This document shows, in pieces, positions 61,185 through 64,000 of a stretch of 64,000 nt of DNA (its first letter is position 1; every line of letters begins with the position of its first letter). The position numbers and the translations under genes were made by a program. The stretch lies in assembly GCA_963695095.1 (NCBI GenBank), contig CAVOFT010000001.1, positions 1,504,001 through 1,568,000 on the forward strand, read 5' to 3'. The DNA comes from an uncultured bacterium. GTDB taxonomy: Bacteria; Krumholzibacteriota; Krumholzibacteriia; JACNKJ01. The notes beneath the pieces are model-generated. The model ran no database searches. It was given only the letters and a program-made list of their open reading frames with translations, and had not been told where the DNA came from.

Positions 61185-61366
61185 CGTTTCAATCCCGCCT
61201 GCTTGAAGATGCTGCTCAGCGTCCCCGGCGCCAGGTCAGCGCCCGGCTTTCCCGCCACCGTGACCAGCCCTGGCTTGCGCGGGTGCCGGTACTGGCGATG
61301 GCTGCCGCGCTGGCGAAGAGCGCCAGCCATCCCGCTCAGGATCCTGATGACCTCGCGCACCTGCAT
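61172..61366 (-). CDS. hicA: HicA family toxin
   Basis: VREVIRIL, RQRGSHRQYRHP, VTV, LAPGTLSSIFKQAGL. Confidence 0.88.
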   Translation of the reverse strand: MQVREVIRILSGMAGALRQRGSHRQYRHPRKPGLVTVAGKPGADLAPGTLSSIFKQAGLKRCDS

Positions 61367-61408
61367 TGCGTCGCGCGGGCAAGCGACGCATGGGAGGTGC
61401 TACCTGAA

Positions 61409-61437
61409 ATCGTAGGGCAGGGGAAACCGCCAGGCAA
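61409..61437 (-). promoter_or_regulatory. Putative hicAB promoter
   Basis: Minus strand TTGCCT-N17-TACGAT. Confidence 0.6.
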
Positions 61438-61551
61438 GGTACTGCGAACCCCATGCCCAGCCTGCCGCGTCATCGCTCCACGGGTCTCAACGGCCTTCGC
61501 AAAGGCATCCCGGGGATTGCGCAGCTCGGCGGTACGCTCCGCTCTGAGGGG

Positions 61552-61592
61552 GGCCTGGCGCGCGGCGCCGACCGGTATTGAGTTGCCTATCC
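61552..61592 (+). repeat. oriIS-like terminus, copy 2
   Basis: GGCCTGGCGCGCGGCGCCGACCGGTATTGAGTTGCCTATCC; about 80% identical to copy 1 by hand alignment. Confidence 0.65.
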
Positions 61593-61637
61593 GCACGAGC
61601 CGGCTCGCCTCGAGGCGGCGCAGCGCCGCGGACCCAG

Positions 61638-61653
61638 TGTACACGTGTACAAT
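61638..61653 (+). promoter_or_regulatory. Perfect 14-bp palindrome overlapping a -10-like hexamer
   Basis: TGTACACGTGTACA at 61638-61651; TACAAT at 61648-61653. Confidence 0.45.
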
Positions 61654-61734
61654 CCGCGCTTCCGGCCCGGCCCAAATCGAAGCGGCCGGGGGTCGTCCCG
61701 CAGCCGCCCGCGTTCCCAACCCTCCCCAGCTTTC

Positions 61735-61763
61735 CTGCCAGGCGGTCGCGACTGTGCTACAAT
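61735..61763 (+). promoter_or_regulatory. Putative promoter of FG-GAP gene
   Basis: CTGCCA-N17-TACAAT with extended TG. Confidence 0.5.
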
Positions 61764-61796
61764 TACCAGGAACCGTCGGGCAGGGGGAAGATCGCG

Positions 61797-63766
61797 ATGA
61801 AGCTCCGGCCGGCCATGCTCACGCTGCTGCTCTTCGCGTCCGCGGCCACCAGCGAGGCCCAGAACTGGCAGGCGGACGATGGGCTCTTCAACCCCAGCGG
61901 CATCCCCTCGCTGGCCTTCTCGCAGCCGCGCCTGGCGGATCTCGACGGCGATGGCGACTTCGATCTGATCCTCGGCAGCATCGACGACGCGCCGCTGTAC
62001 TTCGAGAACATCGGCACGGCCGCCAGCCCGGCCTTCGCGCCCGGCGGCGACATCCTCGCGCCCATCGATCCGCTGGACGCCGAGATGGCCGTCGCCGGCG
62101 ATCTCGACGGCGACGTCGACCTCGACCTCGTCACCGGCGGCTACCTGGGTCTGCAGCTCTTCGCCAACGTCGGCGATGTCGCACGCCCCGGCCTTCGCGC
62201 GCGTCGACGGCTTCTTCGCCGGCCTGCAAGCGGGCTCGATCCCCGTGCCGACCCTCGCCGATCTCGACGACGACGGCGATCTGGATCTACTGGTCGGGCT
62301 CAGCGAAAGCGGTCAGCTCAAGTACTATCCCAACCTGGGTTCGCCGACCGCCGCCGTCTTCACCGAGGCATCGGCCGCGACCTGGTTCGACGTGGGTCTG
62401 TACGCGTATCCGTGCTTCGCCGATCTCGACGGGGATCTCGATGTCGACCTGCTCTCCGGACGCGACGAGCACGGGTTCGTCTACTACCGGAACATCGGCG
62501 ACCCGGCGGCGTGGTCCTGGCAGAACGACGACGCGGTCTTCGCGGGCCTCGGCGGGGTGACGTACTGGAACTCGCCCTGCCTGGCCGACCTCACCGGCGA
62601 CGGCCGCCTCGATCTCGTGTACGGCACCGACGCCGGGCCCCTGCAGTACTACGTCAACACCGGCAGCCTTGCAGTGCCCGTCTGGACAGCCAACACGAGC
62701 CTGTTCGGCGGCGTGCTCGACGTCGGCGGGGCCAGCTCGCCGTTCTTCTACGACTTCGACGGCGACGGCGACCTGGACCTGGTCAGCGGCAGCCAGCTCG
62801 GCGACATCAAGTACTACGAGAACATCGGCACCGTCGCAGCGCCGGCCTGGCGTCGCCGACCACGCGTACTTTGCGAGCATCGATCACTCGATCTACTCGG
62901 CCATCACGCTCGGCGACGTCAACGACGACGGCCTCGCCGACGCCGTCGTCGGCGACCTGAACGGCCAGCTGTTCTTCCACCCCAACACCGGCAGCGGCTT
63001 CGGCTACGACGGCAGCGTCTTCGCGGGCGTCGACCTCGGCGACTGGTCGGTGCCGCGCTTCGTGGACATGGATGGCGACCTCGACCTCGACCTCGTGGCC
63101 GGCAACGAGGCGGGTCAGCTCAGCTACCTGGAGAACCAGGGGACCCTCGCCGCGCCGGTGTGGGTTGTCGTCCCCGGCTACTTCGGCGGCCTGGACGTGG
63201 GCAGCAACTGCTCGCCGACCCTCGGCGATTACGATCACGACGGCGACCAGGACCTGATCACGGGCAACCTCTCGCACGCGGTGCGCTACTTCGCGCACGA
63301 GGGCGCGAACTGGGTGGAGGACGCCAGCGTCGTCGCCGGGATCACCGCCGGCCAGAATGCCGCGCCGGCGCTCGCGGACCTCGACGGCGACGGCGACCTC
63401 GACCTGACGATCGGCAACTACGCCGGCACCTTCAACTACTACCGCAACCTGGGCCCGCCTACGGCCGTGCCGGATGCGGACGTGGTGGCGGCCAAGCTCG
63501 CGCTCGCCGCGTATCCCAACCCGTTCAATCCCTCCACGACGCTGCGCTTCCGACTGAGCACACCCACGACCGTCCTCCTCGCGATCTACGATCTGGCCGG
63601 CCGGCAAGTCCGCACCCTGGCGGTGGGCAAGCTGCCGGAGGGCGACCATGCGGTGAGGTGGGACGGCCGCGACGAGAACGGCGCGCTGCTGAGCTCGGGC
63701 GTCTACTTCGGGCGTCTTCGCGCCGGCAAGGACATGCGCACGGCGAAGCTCGTGTTCGTCAAGTAA
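61797..63766 (+). CDS. Secreted FG-GAP/VCBS repeat protein with T9SS-CTD/FlgD-Ig-like domain; apparent frameshifts near 62180 and 62850
   Basis: Signal peptide; about 10 repeats P.LADLDGDGDLDL..G...G...YY.N.G across three frames; YPNPFNP...WDGRDENG...SGVYF...KLVFVK. Confidence 0.85.
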
Positions 63767-63838
63767 TCTCCTGCGCGCAGGCCGGGCTGTGTTGCAGGGC
63801 GAGCACCATGACCTCGGACAGGTCGCTATCTGCTTTCT

Positions 63839-63970
63839 GCTCAGGTCCGCCGCCGCGTGCTTGCCTGGCCGGTCCGGCACCACCACCTGGAGCCCGAGGC
63901 CGTGGCCGCCATGCTGGCCCGGCGGCAGCCCGACGGGGGGTTCCCCTTGCTGGATGCGGCATTGCGTTTG
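63839..63970 (+). pseudogene. Internal fragment of a second, diverged IS91/ISCR-like transposase
   Basis: Translates AQVRRRVLAWPVRHHHLEPEAVAAMLARRQPDGGFPLLDAALRL, collinear with AQVRRRVLRWLARHGYLEPEAVATMLAWRHSGGFSVDASVRL at 59889-60015. Confidence 0.8.
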
Positions 63971-64000
63971 TACTTAACATTCGGGTCCGAAAGGTGGTAA

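Noticed and set aside
61900..63420. Recurring GACCTCGACGGCGACGGCGAC-like DNA repeats as a possible CRISPR or tandem array
   Set aside because: They are degenerate codons of FG-GAP protein repeats within a CDS.

Overview
Very GC-rich bacterial chromosomal segment, probably from an FCB-group candidate lineage (Krumholzibacteria/Latescibacteria/Eisenbacteria-like); this is inferred from the many secreted proteins ending in a T9SS-CTD/FlgD-Ig-like domain and from a PorV-family gene. Left to right: rel(partial)-dtd-maf-mtnA; DinB-like, pirin and M36-like protease genes; a translationally coupled cassette of TonB-dependent receptor, PorV-like barrel, two lipoproteins and a CTD cargo protein, followed by three more CTD proteins; the core block rplM-rpsI-rpsB-tsf-pyrH-frr-uppS-cdsA-dxr-rseP; TamA-like, TamB-like and peptidase-propeller-Omp85 genes; pcrA and gatCAB; a small secreted Cys-rich EF-hand/dockerin-like protein with strong expression signals; a sugar ABC transporter lacking its ATPase; a Tat-lipoprotein HiPIP; an M29 aminopeptidase; DUF1573-rhodanese-MauE; a lamin-tail protein; an orphan kinase and meaB. 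The last ~5 kb is a rolling-circle (IS91/ISCR-like) mobile region: an HUH transposase, two direct oriIS-like ends bracketing hicAB, an FG-GAP/CTD gene and a second transposase remnant. About ten single-base frameshifts in otherwise intact genes look like long-read errors. No rRNA, tRNA or CRISPR array was recognised. All calls are from motif recognition by eye; no searches were run.
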